A stretch of 63,508 nucleotides of DNA, filler included, from Olpidium bornovanus S191 (lineage: Eukaryota; Fungi; Olpidiomycota): the NCBI GenBank assembly GCA_017911155.1. It is 30 parts of 30 records of this genome, joined end to end, with 100 filler letters (N's around TTAATTAATTAA, not from the genome) between each part and the next. Parts side by side here need not be neighbours in the genome. Positions count along the whole stretch, not along the records: positions 10,644 to 13,330 come from JAEFCI010012713.1; positions 13,431 to 16,931 come from JAEFCI010005964.1; positions 17,032 to 19,316 come from JAEFCI010001616.1; positions 19,417 to 20,827 come from JAEFCI010009746.1; positions 20,928 to 22,040 come from JAEFCI010002673.1; positions 22,141 to 24,360 come from JAEFCI010002986.1; positions 24,461 to 25,701 come from JAEFCI010013190.1; positions 25,802 to 27,914 come from JAEFCI010012963.1; 22 more parts are not named here. One strand, written 5' to 3'. Numbering within the stretch: the first letter of the stretch is position 1; every line of letters starts with the position of its first letter. The notes beneath the pieces are model-generated. The model made no database searches and was not told where the DNA came from. It saw only the letters and a list, made by a program, of their open reading frames with translations. The position numbers and the translations under genes are program-made. Positions 12,198-26,330 of this stretch are shown in pieces.

Positions 12198-13519
12198 CCA
12201 GGTCGTGGGGGTCGGGAGGAGGATGCAAATATCACGCCAGCTTTTTTCTTTTTGCCCCACAAGGGTGACCGCAAAAGTAGACGAAGCCGAGCTCGTCGAG
12301 ACCAACACGTACTGCATCCGAGCTTTCTGGAGGCAGACCGGTCGCCCCGCTTTGGACGATGAAATTTCTCCCTTGCGCGCACTGTGCCACGCTTCTACTC
12401 TCGTTCAGTATCAGGCCGCAACGGCTGTTCCAAAAAGAACCCCTTGCGGCCGTGCCGTGGAACCTACACTTGGATAGTAAAACGGTGGAACCGATACGAG
12501 CGGACTTGCGCGACCTGTATGGGAGCAGAGCCCGGAAGGGTTTTGTTGTGGAATGGGGAGCCGTTTCCCGTCGTTGTTGTCTCTTCGTTTCGTTCGTTGG
12601 CCATTGAGGAAAAGAAAAGGAGAATTACAGGCAGACTCCGCTGAACGGCGAGAGTTTCGTTGCGTTAGTTTCCAGGTAGACAGACGACCCCGGCGGTCGG
12701 GACCACTGCCACCATTTTGATAAAAACTCATTTTTCCTCCTACAACGGCCCAGCTCCGGGAACACTGCCCAAATTATCGACGAAGTCCACGACACATCAT
12801 CGTGTTTCATTCTTCCTGCACCCGTCCAGGGCTGATGTCTTTCTCGGTGTTTGTGGACAGGCAGTCTCTAAGGCCCAGGGCTTTTTCTCCCCGGTGGTTA
12901 CTTTGCGGTTTGGGAGAACACACTCTCTTTCGTTTCCTGTTTCTCGCTCGACCCCCGTCCTGTCCTCTCTTTCTCTCTTTCTGCGATTCCCGATCTCTCT
13001 TGCGTAAACTAAAAAAGCGGTTCCAACGGAACGTGGGTGGGCTTTTTTTTGGGGTTTCCGCGCCTAAAGACTGGAATTTTCCCACACCGTCCTTTCTCCG
13101 CCGCTGGCCTCTGTCACACTGCTGGCCTTTGGGTCGCACAATTGCCGCCCTGTTGATCTCCCCAGCGCAGGCCACATTGAGAGTGCCTAATCAATTGCTC
13201 CGGAATTCGTCGTGCGACACCCAGCCGGCCTCTGCATTTTCTTCCGGACCGATTCGTGAACTAGTATCCAACAGGGATCATTCGTGTATGAACCAATTGG
13301 GCGTCCTGGAAAGCAAATTTGTCCTCATGANNNNNNNNNNNNNNNNNNNNNNNNNNNNNNNNNNNNNNNNNNNNTTAATTAATTAANNNNNNNNNNNNNN
13401 NNNNNNNNNNNNNNNNNNNNNNNNNNNNNNCCCTCTTCGTTTTTCCTTTTTTTTTTTCTTTCTGGGGTGCCGGTTTATGACCTCCCTCTTCCCCGATCTC
13501 TGGCATCGTGCGCACAAAG

Positions 13520-14140
13520 GGTCTGGTCCGTGTCGTACAACCGTTACCATGATCAGCTGCTGTTGACTACGGGATCAGACTGCCTGGTAAACCTGCACTC
13601 GGTTGTCTCCGTTTCGTCTGCACAGCACGGTTCATCCCCCCGCCGCGATGACGATGTCAGAAGTGGAAGCGGGAGCTCGACGAGTTCGCCGGTCCGGAGG
13701 AGCTACGACAAGTCGGAGTAAGTGACGTCCTCCCTCTCCCTTTTCCCTCGCTTTTTTCCTGAGTCGAGCACCCCGCCCCGCGTTCTGCGCGGGCGTCAAC
13801 CTTTCCCCCTTTCGTTGAGTCATCGAATCATCGCCGAGGAGGGGATAAATGCGCTGGCCGTTCACTATACACACCCGGGTGCCACCGTTGGGCATTCCCC
13901 TGACAATGCTTTTGGTCGGTTCTCGTTGTGCGCCCGGCTCTTTCCTCGCGAACCTTTACAACAAGGCGCCTCACCGACGGAATCGTTCAGCGGTACGACC
14001 AGCAGCACGAAGAGTCGGTTTACTGCGGGGCTTGGTCAGCCGCTGATCCGTGGATCTTCGCGACCCTGTCGTACGACGGGCGTCTCGTCGTGAATTTTGT
14101 GCCAAATTCGTACAAGAACAACATCCTGCTGGCTATGTAA
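13520..14140 (+). CDS. EIPR1: EARP/GARP-interacting WD40 protein (TSSC1), last two exons
   Basis: VWSVSYNRYHDQLLLTTGSDCLVNL and HEESVYCGAWSAADPWIFATLSYDGRLVVNFVP match the EIPR1/TSSC1 C-terminus. Exons 13520-13717 and 13966-14140. Confidence 0.9.
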
Positions 14141-16125
14141 CTCGAACGTATATTTTTCGACTTTTCTCGGCGCCATTTCCCGTCCTTTTTATTTTGCCGG
14201 CAATGTGCGAACTAGACAACGGGCGCGGAGGGTCACGGGTTGCTTTCGAAACGTTTTATTGTTTCTGTATTACGGAAACAACCGTCAATTCAAGATACTG
14301 GTCTCGCTCGGCTCGTTGCAGACGTTAGCGCTCAAGTGGTTTCGAAGGAATTACGCGCGGTCACATCCCCGCTTTCGACGTTATGCGACGGGTCACCTGC
14401 TTTTCGAAGGCCCGCAACTGTCCTTTCCTTTTTTTGAGTTTAAAATTCTAACAAGGAATCGTGTAACAACGCGACAAATGACATCCGCTAAATCACCGGT
14501 CGATGCGAAACAGGTTCAGGAAAAAAAAAAAGAAGAGAAGAGGCTGAGTCGGGCACGGAAGGTGTAAGAACCTCACATGGCGCGTGAAACGCGGAATATA
14601 AGCGGATTCCGTTGATATCCCCCACAGGCACCGAGAAGTATAACGCTAGTTTGAGGTTATGCCGTGCATATCAGCGGCGACGAAAATCGACAATGCAGAC
14701 TCCTTACAATCTTTCAATATGTCCTTCTGGCCGTACGCACGCAGCACCTGCCACAACTAGAACCATATGCCATTCAAGCGGCGGGGCTGGATAACTATAG
14801 GAACAGACCACAGGTGAGCTTCCGCAGTCTGAGTAGATTCGAAATGGACCGGCTAAGGATGGACTTCCGGTTCCGCGCTGCGTCCGATTGCGTCTGCACT
14901 CGCTCCGCCAAAAACCCCCGGTACGGCCACGTACAAGTGTGGTTGCGACAAGGCTCGTCCAGCGTGTGTTCAAATTCAGTATGTCTACGCCTTTTATAAT
15001 ACTTGCCAACTATAATAATATCTATAGTATACATAATGCACATGATAATTTTTCGTCGTGAACTCGTGGCGCCGTGACGTTTCCGCGGACTTGTATAGGA
15101 TGCAGAACGGGTGCACAGAGATTTTTTGCGATTATTTAGCCTAAGTATATCATTAACCTATGGATTGATTGAATTATGTTCTCGGGCACGATCAGACAAC
15201 TCGACGTAGTGGAACGGCACACCATAGCCATTGAGGCGAGGATGAGAAGAAGTTGCCGGCTCCACCAGAAAGAAACCGTTGCCAAAGAGCACTACGTGGG
15301 GGTGTTTGGCAAGCTTCTCTTTTTTTTGAGTTGAAGAAAAAAAACCCTTTTAGCAAGTTGACGCGGGGAGGGGGAAGCTCAAGGCGCTGTTCCCTTGTGA
15401 GGGCTGGGGTTGTTAGCCAAGCGCCTTCCAGCCACATTCAGTTGCGGCAATGTAAAACAGTCGGCGTGGGCATTTCCCGGGAAACTCAAACGTAGTAAAT
15501 GTGTCAAGACAGTTTTGAGAGGGAACCGCTAGGGTGAGCGGGTCAGTTGTGTTTTCTGTGTAAAGAATCCACAAAAATTACCACAGGATCCTGCCGAAAA
15601 TCCCCGCTGCCCGGCCCACGACTCCGCACTATGGGCTAAAGTAGTTACTAACTGAGAGAGACACGTTTCTCTGCAACTCCGACAGCCTGGTGAGAGTGAA
15701 CGCGCCGTGTGCAACATATAAATACTGATATATATATTATACCATAATACATATAATAACTGACATTCAAATAAAATACATTTGCTAGTATAATGCATTA
15801 TCGTGCAGTCTTCTATTAGTTTAGCGTGTGCATTCCAGGTTTTTCCCTTCAATCTTTCTTTTTTTTTTTTTTTGCAAGCGGGGGCGCGCACGATTGCCCG
15901 AAAATCCTTTTTCCCGAGGGTTCACGTTGGGTTGATGGATGGTGACGCGTTGTGGGGTAAATACAGTGGCCACGAACGAGAAGGAAAAGGGGGTGGGAGG
16001 GGGGAGTCGTGCGCACCACACGTTTCGCGTACCTGTCCGGCAACCGCCGAAGCTTCTCGCCTCTTCGCAAACCGCGGAGGGTTCGCTGGCCAAAAGCGGT
16101 CCGCCGCCCGCCCGAAACGAATACG

Positions 16126-16931
16126 ATGGCGTCTTTCCCGCGCGCTGCGCCGGCGCGGCAGGTTCCGCCGGCTTATCAGCAGCAGCTGCCGGCCGCGGAC
16201 CCCGCGGCCGCATTCCTGTCCCAATCGGGAGCCGGCGCCGCGGTCGCCGCGCAACCGCCGCAGACACTGCCGCAGCAGCCGCAGGCGGTGGTCACGTTCG
16301 ACGAGTTCGGCAAGATCCGCGTGGTTGAGGCCTCGCAGTACGAGGCGTCGCTGGCCCTCAAGGAGGAATGCAAGGAGTTCACGCAGCGTAGGTGGGCCGT
16401 GCGCGCTGGGCGGATATCCAGAAGCCGGGCTTCCGCGTTCAAAGTGGCGCGGACTGTCGGCGGTTCGGCGCCACGCCCGCGGTTAATCGCCTCGTGGGCG
16501 TGCTGCGCACCACGCGTGTCGTGACCGTCTAACCCGGTTCTGCAGGGATCGGAGAGTTCAACTCCATTGTCCGCAACTTCTTGGACATGATCAACGATAA
16601 GGCTCGTCAGATAGAGGCAAATAAGCTCCAGGCAAGTACAAAAAAAAAGTCACCCTCCATTGTCTCCCCATCCCCCCACCTCCGCCGGCCGCTCGCACTA
16701 TCCGGAGCAGGGGACGTAAGCGCGATCTTAGCGTTATCTGACCAGACTCCGCGATCCTTCGGCTTTATCTGTCAAAACCCCGGTTGCGCTTCATCTTCCC
16801 ACCGCCAAACGGGGGCGCTGTTGCAGGCCGTTGGACAACGCAATCGCGTAGAGCACGAGTCGGAAAACCGCATATCGCAGCAGGCGCGGCTGAAAGCGTT
16901 GATTAAGGAGGCGCAGAGTGAATCGGACAGG
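16126..16931 (+). CDS. IFT20: Intraflagellar transport protein 20, 3' truncated
   Basis: VTFDEFGKIRVV..LKEECKEFTQRIGEFNSIV..IEANKLQAVGQRN..QQARLKALI. Exons 16126-16387, 16546-16631 and 16827-16931; the second intron is GC-AG. Confidence 0.93.
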
Positions 16932-17031
16932 NNNNNNNNNNNNNNNNNNNNNNNNNNNNNNNNNNNNNNNNNNNNTTAATTAATTAANNNNNNNNNNNNN
17001 NNNNNNNNNNNNNNNNNNNNNNNNNNNNNNN

Positions 17032-19316
17032 CATGAAAGCTGCCTGGGGCAGCCCCAGTGCTGGGCAGATTGCTTCCTGTCACGCCAACGCTGTGACCGC
17101 GCACCGACTCCTGGCGATCAAAGACTCGAGACTAAAACGGCAGGATGTTTTTTACACCTGGGACAACCTAACTTCTTCGACGTCAAAGGGTGGCAAACTG
17201 TTTGCGTACAGCGGGTGAGTCGTTTTCGTATGAGGGGACTGCTGCAATCGCCGGCCACATGCGTGGCGAACCGCCGGCTTTGTTCTCTCACAAATCCTAA
17301 CATTTTGAAAGACTCGTTCTTGATGCTGCTCGCCTCGATTACCTCGACGGCAACATCGACAAAACTGATCCCAAGGGCATCGTTGCCCGTGTGCAAAGCG
17401 GCGAGTTTTCCGGCATGGACGCGACATACCATCTAACTCGCATAGACCCTGCCTGGGGCCGGTGTCTTGCAGATGCCATTGTCGTTGGGGCCCTTGATGC
17501 GAGCTCGGTGGGCTGCGTCATCTCCGATATCGTGCTGTACATATCCCTGCTGGTCATCGTCGGCGTTGTTCTCGCTCGCTTCTTTCTCGCCGTGTTTTTC
17601 GGCTGGTTCCTCTCTTGGCGCATCGGCAACTTCGAGCACCTCACGTTTGAAGAGCGGCGGAAGCGCGAGGCCGAGATCGAAGCGTGGAGCGAGCAAAACA
17701 TGGCACTGGTTGCGGCGAACGGCGGGGTGGACTCACCTGCTATTGGGCCGCTTGGTCAAACGAGGTAAGGATAGCCGTTCGGCAGTCTCGACGTCACCAG
17801 AACGGTCTTCATGCTGACGAATCACTTAAACAGACGGCGCGGGTCCGGGTCTGTGTATGGGATGGATCGGTCTTCCTCGCCGTACGCGGATAACCGCCGC
17901 TCCTTCCTGCCGTCCACGTCGCGGTTTAGTCCCGCGCCGCCGCCGCTTGCCCAGTATCGTGCGGGAAGCACGCACTCGGCCGAGGCTGCATATACCGCTA
18001 CGGGCATCGGGAGCACGCCGCCGGCATCGCCGGGAACGAATCCGAGGTTCGCCGGGGACGGCGTTCGACGGGGATCCGAGGCGACGGGCCGGGCCAGCCT
18101 GCCGGCGAGCAATCAAGGCTCGACGTTTACGGGCGGCGGCCTACCTCCGCCGCCGGCATTGACGCCGTTTAACTTCCAGCTGGTTCACACGATCATGCTC
18201 GTGACGTGCTACTCCGAGGACACGGCGGGGCTGCGGTCGTCGTTCGACTCGCTGTGCACAACGGACTACCCGAACACCCACAAGATGCTGCTGGTGATCT
18301 GCGACGGCATCGTCATGGGGTCCGGTAACAGCGCCTCGACGCCGGACATATGCTTGTCAATGCTGGAGGACGAGACCGTACTGCGCGAGCACGTGATGCC
18401 GCACTCGTACGTCGCAATCGCGGACGGCAGCCGACGACATAACATGGCCAAGGTGTACGCGGGGTTCTACAAGTACGATGATCGCTTTGTCCCGCGCGAC
18501 AAGCAGCAGCGCGTGCCTATGGTCGTTGTCGTCAAGTGCGGGCCTCAGGACGAGGCCCGGGCGGCCAAACCGGGCAACCGTGGAAAGCGCGACTCGCAGG
18601 TCCTTCTGATGTCATTTTTGCAGAAGGTCATGTTCGACGAGAGAATGACCACGCTGGAATACGAGTTCTTTAACGCGATATGGGGTGTCACAGGCGTGAC
18701 TCCTGACCAATTTGAAATCGTGCTGATGGTGAGAGCAACTTTAGGCTGTGATGCACCGTGCTGCCCGATATTCACGCTCGCTTTGTTCTTTTTCCCACGG
18801 GGTCGCGCGTCCGGGTAAACCGGAATGGCCTGCTGATGCGCTTCCATGCGAAATTCCCACGCCGAATACAGATCGATGCTGACACCAAGATCTACCCAGA
18901 CGCCCTGACGAGAATGGTAGCCGTCATGGTTCGCGATCCCAATGTCATGGGACTTTGCGGCGAGACTAAGATTGCTAATAAGAGCGATAGTTGGGTCACC
19001 GCTATCCAAGGTGAGGGACATGCGAATCCGAAATTATGCTAAAAACCGCACGACTCACGACTTCGTCATTACTATCCAGTATTTGAGTATTATATTTCGC
19101 ATCATCTTGCCAAAGCATTCGAGTCCATCTTTGGAGGTGTCACGTGCCTTCCGGGATGCTTCTGCATGTACCGCATCAAGGCGCCGAAGGGCCCTCATGG
19201 TTATTGGGTGCCAATCCTGGCGAATCCGGACATCGTGGAGCACTACTCAGAGAACGTCGTGGACACGCTGCACAAGAAGAACCTCCTGTTGCTGGGAGAG
19301 GATCGGTACCTGTCGA
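17032..19316 (+). CDS. CHS3: Class IV chitin synthase (yeast Chs3 type), internal fragment, 5 exons
   Basis: [72 protein letters not shown]. All four introns are in-frame GT-AG. Confidence 0.95.
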
Positions 19317-19417
19317 NNNNNNNNNNNNNNNNNNNNNNNNNNNNNNNNNNNNNNNNNNNNTTAATTAATTAANNNNNNNNNNNNNNNNNNNNNNNNNNNN
19401 NNNNNNNNNNNNNNNNC

Positions 19418-20206
<789 letters not shown>

Positions 20207-21260
20207 TAGGGGCGGCGGAGGATTAACAGGCGCTACTTTTACAGATATAAAACGGTTGTTGCGTATACGAAGCTTACACGAAGTCAATAAAAAAGCGCAG
20301 CTCATTGTTCACTTTTCCGGTGATTTGTACGATGAGGGAATCTTTGCCCAGATCAGAATATTTCACTCTTCGCGGACTGTGTGGCCTTCTAAGCGACCCC
20401 AGCGGCAGCCCCCTTTCCCCCCCCCCCCGTCCACCCGCAGCGAGGTGTGGAATTTCTTCGTCGCAACAACGAGGCCGTGTCCTTTTTGACACCACGAGTC
20501 CAGAACGTTCTAATCGCTTTTTTCTTTCGGTAAGCCAAACAGCGTTTTGAGATAGGCCGAGGTTCGCTGCTGTAACGCCCGGCGCAGACCGTTCCCCACT
20601 TACTTGATGTCTCCCCCCCCACTCCCTCCCTCCCCCGCCCCCCGGTCAAAAAAAGCAACCAACTCGCTTAAAGCCGCAGGTGTCAAAGAGTGTTTTATTT
20701 GCTTCCTGGTAAATATCATGTCGTTGTACTGTGGCCTGGTGCCCTGTGCCCTGTGCCCTCCGTGATAAACGCCAACTGGCGACGAACATCACGGACGAAC
20801 TAACGGGGCGGGTAACGTACGTCTGCGNNNNNNNNNNNNNNNNNNNNNNNNNNNNNNNNNNNNNNNNNNNNTTAATTAATTAANNNNNNNNNNNNNNNNN
20901 NNNNNNNNNNNNNNNNNNNNNNNNNNNCTGCTGCGCAAGGGGGCTCCATGGCAGGAACGGGCAGGGAGTACGGCGCTGGTACGGCGCGGCGGGGGCGATC
21001 GACAAAGCGGTCGACGAGTGCGTCGACCACGGGCGTCAACGGCGCCGAGCTTGTTTGGACGCTGCCGACCGGCCCGACGTAAGGTGCCCCCGGCGAGCCA
21101 CGCACCACTGCCCCCTGATATCTACGGGCCTTACAGAGGGATCCCACAACGCGCCGCGGTCTGCGCGTGAAGCTTGAGGTGCGAGCTCGCACGCATCCAC
21201 GTCCGTCACATTTGTCACGTCCGTCATGTCCGTCGTCCGGGCTCGAGGCGCGTCCTGTAC

Positions 21261-21752
21261 TCGGGGCGAGAGGCGGCAGGTGGTTCCCAGGGCCCGCGTT
21301 AACGAGGGATGCTGGCGGAGGGCCCCCGCGCAGTACTCCTTAGTCAACGGCGTCATCTAGGCTACCTGTCCACCACTCGGCTTGGGGGCGGAGATATGCC
21401 TGGTGGCTTTTGGACGTCGGCGTTTCGGGGCGAGAGGCGGCAGGTGGTCCCCAGGGCCCGCGTTAACGAGTGATGCTGGCGGAGGGCTCCCGCGCAGTAC
21501 TCCTTAGTCAACGGCGTCATCTGGGCTACCTGTCCACCACTCGGCTCGGGGGCGGAGATATGCCTGGTGGCTTTTGGACATTGACGTTTCGGGGCAAGAG
21601 GCGGCAGGTGGTTCCCAGGGCCCGCGTTAACGAGGGATGCTGGCGGAGGGCTCCCGCGCAGTACTCCTTAGTCAACGGCGTCATCTGGGCCTCCTGTCCA
21701 CCACTCGTCTCGGGAGCAGAGATTTGCCTGGTGGCTTATGGACGTCGGCGTG
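21261..21752. repeat. 164-bp tandem repeat, 3 copies
   Basis: Marker GTACTCCTTAGTCAAC at 21333, 21497 and 21661; TCGGGGC(G/A)AG at 21261, 21425 and 21589. Copies differ by scattered substitutions. Confidence 0.95.
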
Positions 21753-22679
21753 CCAATCCTCAGAAGCAAGCGTCGGTTGGTAGTCCCTTTTTCTCGGCTG
21801 CTTTGCTTTCGTTGACGCGTGATTCTTCTGCGGCTCTTCATCACCGCTCGAGGCCTTGGGTCTGCGCCGGATTCTTGGCGTTCTGAGCTTTCGAGCAATG
21901 AAGACTTCCTCAGGCACTTTGAGCCGTTGTCCGGCGATGATGAGACAGGGCCCGAGAGCGATGATTTGTTGGCTGGGATTGCACGTCCCCTGGCCGTGAC
22001 AACTGTCGTTTGAAGGTGAGCGGTCATTGTCGCTGGGCGANNNNNNNNNNNNNNNNNNNNNNNNNNNNNNNNNNNNNNNNNNNNTTAATTAATTAANNNN
22101 NNNNNNNNNNNNNNNNNNNNNNNNNNNNNNNNNNNNNNNNCATGATCACCATCTGGCAACACCCTTTTCAGACCGCGGCGCCCGTGCTTTGCGGCGAACT
22201 CGGCGTCTCTTTGGGAAAAGCAAGAACGTTCAACAAAACTTCCGCTCCGGTTTGGTAGCCACGACAATACACCGTCAGATAAAATAATGACGAGTTTGCG
22301 CTGCCAATACAGCCCTAGCTTGAAGCGCTTTATACCTGGGGAGGAAGGGCCTTTCCGCCTGCTAGCGGAACTTCGCGCTTGTTAATCCTAGCCGGCATTT
22401 TCCCCCCCGCACCGCACGTGACTTTGCTGCCAATTTCGTTCCTTCAAGAAAGAAAGGACGTCCGATGTGTGGCTCGCTTGGGATACCCTTGCTGAGTTGA
22501 GCCCTGCCGCGGCGTCACCAGCTGGCGGCGAAACTGTCCGTCATCGTTCCTAAAGTACCCATCAGCGTTCGGTAAACTCGGATAGCCAAGAGCCGTTGAA
22601 AAAACAAAAACCCTGTATTAGAACGGCCGATAATGTGCATGGTATGTAGAAACTTTTCTATTTTCAGACGTCCCGGAGT

Positions 22680-23804
22680 TCATGCCTTGCTGCCTATCTG
22701 GATCTACAGCAGGGGGGTTTTTTTGTTTGTCAGCATGGGACAGCGGTCGGCCGCTCCCTCTTGCTTTCTGTAATTTGCCACTCACCCCATGCTGTTTTTG
22801 GAACTTCTGGAACTGCAAAAGAAATGCAACATTAGCCGACCGTTCGCCGACCTCTAAATCCACAGGTAGTGGGCCTCTTCGGCTAAAGGACTCATGTTTG
22901 CCGCACGCAAACGGAGTTTGTCCCCTTCAAGAGAGTCGCTTTTACCTCTTCCTCTTTAGACTTGTACGTCGATATAAGCTGACTGATGACCTGATTCAGC
23001 TATGGAAGTTGGTACGAACATGTCAAGCAGTCAGGAGCGTGACGTGATTGCGACAGAGTGCGTAAGCGTGGCGTCCAGTAGCGACGCGGTGAGAGTGAAG
23101 GCGGCGTCCGAAAACTGACCCCGCTCCGGTTCGCTTCGAGCGCCGGCAGCACTTCCTTGATTGTCCGCTCAACCAGGACACCGCCCACCAGCCTAAAGCA
23201 CTTGCGGTCCGGATTGAGGGGTACCATCGTGTCGATGACCAGCCTGGGGTCGACAATTTTGGGAGCGGCAGCAATAACGAGCAGGAGCTTTAGGGCACGG
23301 GTGACCCTCGGCGGACTACCCGAGAACCGCGAGATACAAAAAATCCGCAGGTGCGGGCAAGCCCTGCGAGCGGCAGGCCTCTCTTTGCCCGTCGGCCCGA
23401 GTCACGCGCTGGCGTCCGCCAGTTCTGATAGTTGCGTCAGGCCATGCCTCACTCAACCTCGCCGAATTTATCCACGCGCAACGGGGATGGGTTTACAGCC
23501 AGACACGCGACGCGGCGAGCCGTTCAAGCAGGCAGCCCCTCCCTCCCACCGGGCGCGCCGGTCGCAAAAACGACGGTTATGGAAGAGTGGGCCGCATATC
23601 GTGCGCACAGGCCACGCACGTGTGCTCGTCCGACTCCGTCTCGAGCTCGCCGATCTTCTGCGCGATGGCGGTCAGCTCCTGCTTCTTCACGTTGAACTGC
23701 GCGGTCAACTGAGCGGGAGTGAGCTGGGAGGCGCCGGAGCCGGTGGAAGGGGCCGAAGACGGGGAAGCGGACGAGCCGGCGCCCGCCGCAGCGGATCTGG
23801 ACAT
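22680..23804 (-). CDS. GIM4: Prefoldin subunit 2, complete, 5 exons, 137 aa
   Basis: KKQELTAIAQKIGELETESDEHTLVIDTM..DRKCFRLVGGVLVERTIKEVLPAL. Exons 23804-23620, 23243-23120, 22999-22946, 22812-22786 and 22703-22680 sum to 414 nt. Confidence 0.95.
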
Positions 23805-24521
23805 TTGGCGGCTTTTGGGCGTATTTGCGCGAACCAGGAAGGGGCGGAGAGAGAAAAGGGACGCTTCGTTTCCAGAGGAAGAATGGGCCGGGAGACCTTA
23901 AGCTTACAAATCACGTGACCAATTTTCTTCCCGCAGTAGTTATCGATCAATAATGTCCTTATTGATGAAAAATTATTTAGAATTGCCCGTACTTGCCACC
24001 CGCGACCACACTTCCACCAAGGTATAAAATGGGCCACACGCTTCATGGTGCATGTTTTTTTTTCCACTCCAGCCCACTCAAGGTACAATCATACAGCCCA
24101 CTCAAATCTATGCAACGTATCTAGAAATGGGGCCAGGTATTTGTGCTCATAACATCATCAAGCGGCACAAGTGCTTTGCTCATCAACACTGTGACTACTC
24201 GTATGTTTCTCTCTCCAAGCGAGTGCACTGCAAATTGGATGATATTCCTTGGCACTAACTCGAAACATGGCGAAACATGCGTATTGTCACGGAGCGCGCT
24301 CCGGTGGCGTCAAACCCCTCTCGGGCAATGTCAAGTCCTTATCGAGGACAGCCCGCCAAGNNNNNNNNNNNNNNNNNNNNNNNNNNNNNNNNNNNNNNNN
24401 NNNNTTAATTAATTAANNNNNNNNNNNNNNNNNNNNNNNNNNNNNNNNNNNNNNNNNNNNAAAAAAAAAAAAAAAAGCAAGACCCCGAAGACCCACCCAC
24501 CCCCCGGAAGAAAAGGACAGC

Positions 24522-24664
24522 ATGCCGCCGCCGTCGTCGTCGTCGCCGTCCGGTACGGCCGCGTGGTCGGTCGCGCCGCTCGGGCAGAGGGTGCGCGAGG
24601 CGGCCGTCAGGTGGGGATAGCAAAAAGCAAACCTTCTCAAAGACAGCGAGCGGAAGAGCGGGCA

Positions 24665-24704
<40 letters not shown>

Positions 24705-25683
24705 CGGGGGGGGGGGGGGGGGGGGGGGGAGGGGCGGGAGAGGTGGGGCAAGGCGACGCGGCGACCCCTACCCTGCACGCGGACGTGACTGTCTACCGTC
24801 GCCCGCTGGAGAACGTCGCTGCGACACAGAGCGGACTCCCCGCGGGACGTCCCGGCGCCTGTTGACGTCCACTGCGGTGGAGACCGATCGAGCAGGGCGG
24901 GAAAAGGTGCCTTGCGCGGGGAGGTGCTTTGATTCGCCTTCCCGGCGAATCTCCCCGCGTCTGGACCCGACTGAGCGGCCGCGCGAAGAAAGCGGCGGTT
25001 GCCTCCGTGAAATGAGGTTGCAAGCGGATTCCGAAGCGGCGCCTTCCTGCTCTCTCGCCGGGTCTCTCCCAAACACGATCTGCAGGGGTTTCGCTCGCCA
25101 TGTTTCTAGACAAATTGTCATCTTCATTCCGATGTTCGCTGCCCCTAACGCGCTTCTCCACGCCTGTTCCGTCTCCAAAAAAAAAATCAACGTAAAAACA
25201 TCGTGCAGCCTGCAGTTTCTGTGGGCTTGCGGACATTTCGTCACCGTTCTCAGCACGTTATTCTATTTCATGACGTACTTCGACGCAAAATCCGCTGCGG
25301 GACACTACACGAGGGCGTTCATAGGCGCCTTCGTTAGCTACGCCGTCGTAGTGTTCAAGACGTTCGGAGTAAGCGGTGGTTCGGGTTACCTTTTGTCGGG
25401 CTGCCGGGTATCAATACTCACAGGTAAAGAAGACTTCGTCTCACCGTTCTCTTCCCATCCCCACCCCGGCCCGGATTCGATAACAGGTTCCGCAACCGAA
25501 CCGGGCGTTCGCTGAGAGGTTTGTTACGAACGAGGTCAGTGTGCCGCCCCGAGATCTGAGGTACACTTCAAACAGCAGGTCATAAGAGGCTTTCCGCATT
25601 TTTTTGTAACTCCCGGCGATCCTTGCAGAATGTGCAATATTTGCTCCTTACTGTCATCTGGATAGTCACGCCGGTGTACTCCG
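24522..25683 (+). CDS. POM33: TMEM33/Pom33 family ER and nuclear-pore membrane protein, 3' truncated
   Basis: SLQFLWACGHF..YTRAFIGAFVSYAVVVFK..ENVQYLLL. Exons 24522-24610, 25209-25368, 25487-25534 and 25629-25683 join in frame. Confidence 0.85.
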
Positions 25684-25801
25684 GTAAGGCACACAAGCAT
25701 GNNNNNNNNNNNNNNNNNNNNNNNNNNNNNNNNNNNNNNNNNNNNTTAATTAATTAANNNNNNNNNNNNNNNNNNNNNNNNNNNNNNNNNNNNNNNNNNN
25801 N

Positions 25802-26330
25802 CATGTTGACGACTGCGGTCCGGAACGATTCCTTCTCCCTTTTCACTTGGTCGCCGCTCTTGATTAGCCGCGTTACCCCCGTCGTGAGCTTTCCGCTCCC
25901 CTCGTGCTCATTTGCGACGGCCCCGGACACAGCGTTGTAATGCGTTCCGCCGGCCGCGTCGTGCACCTTCCTCCTCTTAGAATCCTGCTCGGGGCCCGGC
26001 GAAAGGCTGGGTGATTTGGAAGACGCATTCTGCTTTCCACGGCGGGCATTCGCCGCGTGTAGGGGAACAATGTCCCTGGGATCTGCAGACACTTAATTGT
26101 CTAGTCGACAGGGACTGCAACGAAGCGCCCAAAAGTGCGTATTTCTCACCTTGCCTGGTAGATTGGAGCATTCGTTCGTGCAATGCCTCGAATGTCGCCA
26201 ACGTGGTCCCTGCCTCGGCGGTCCTCGTCTCCTGCGGAACATACGAGGAATCCCGGTCCCACGCTTTCCCGCGGAAACTCTGCATCACGCCCGTTCGGCT
26301 GCGCCCACAAAGGGCGTTAAGGAAGGGCAA
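25802..26330 (-). CDS. Possible coding fragment, product unknown
   Basis: Two protein-like stretches (TLATFEALHERMLQSTRQGEKYALLG; DSKRRKVHD..LIKSGDQVKREKESFRTAVVNM). No family recognised and exon structure unresolved. Confidence 0.3.

Noticed and set aside
12359-13330. Protein-like stretch EPLAAVPWNLHLDSKTVEPIRADLRDLY and neighbouring ORFs
   Set aside because: No start, splice or homology support.
14600-15050. Exon-like segment IFQYVLLAVRTQHLPQLEPYAIQAAGLDNYRNRPQ followed by GTGAG
   Set aside because: A plausible donor, but no recognisable product or linked exons.
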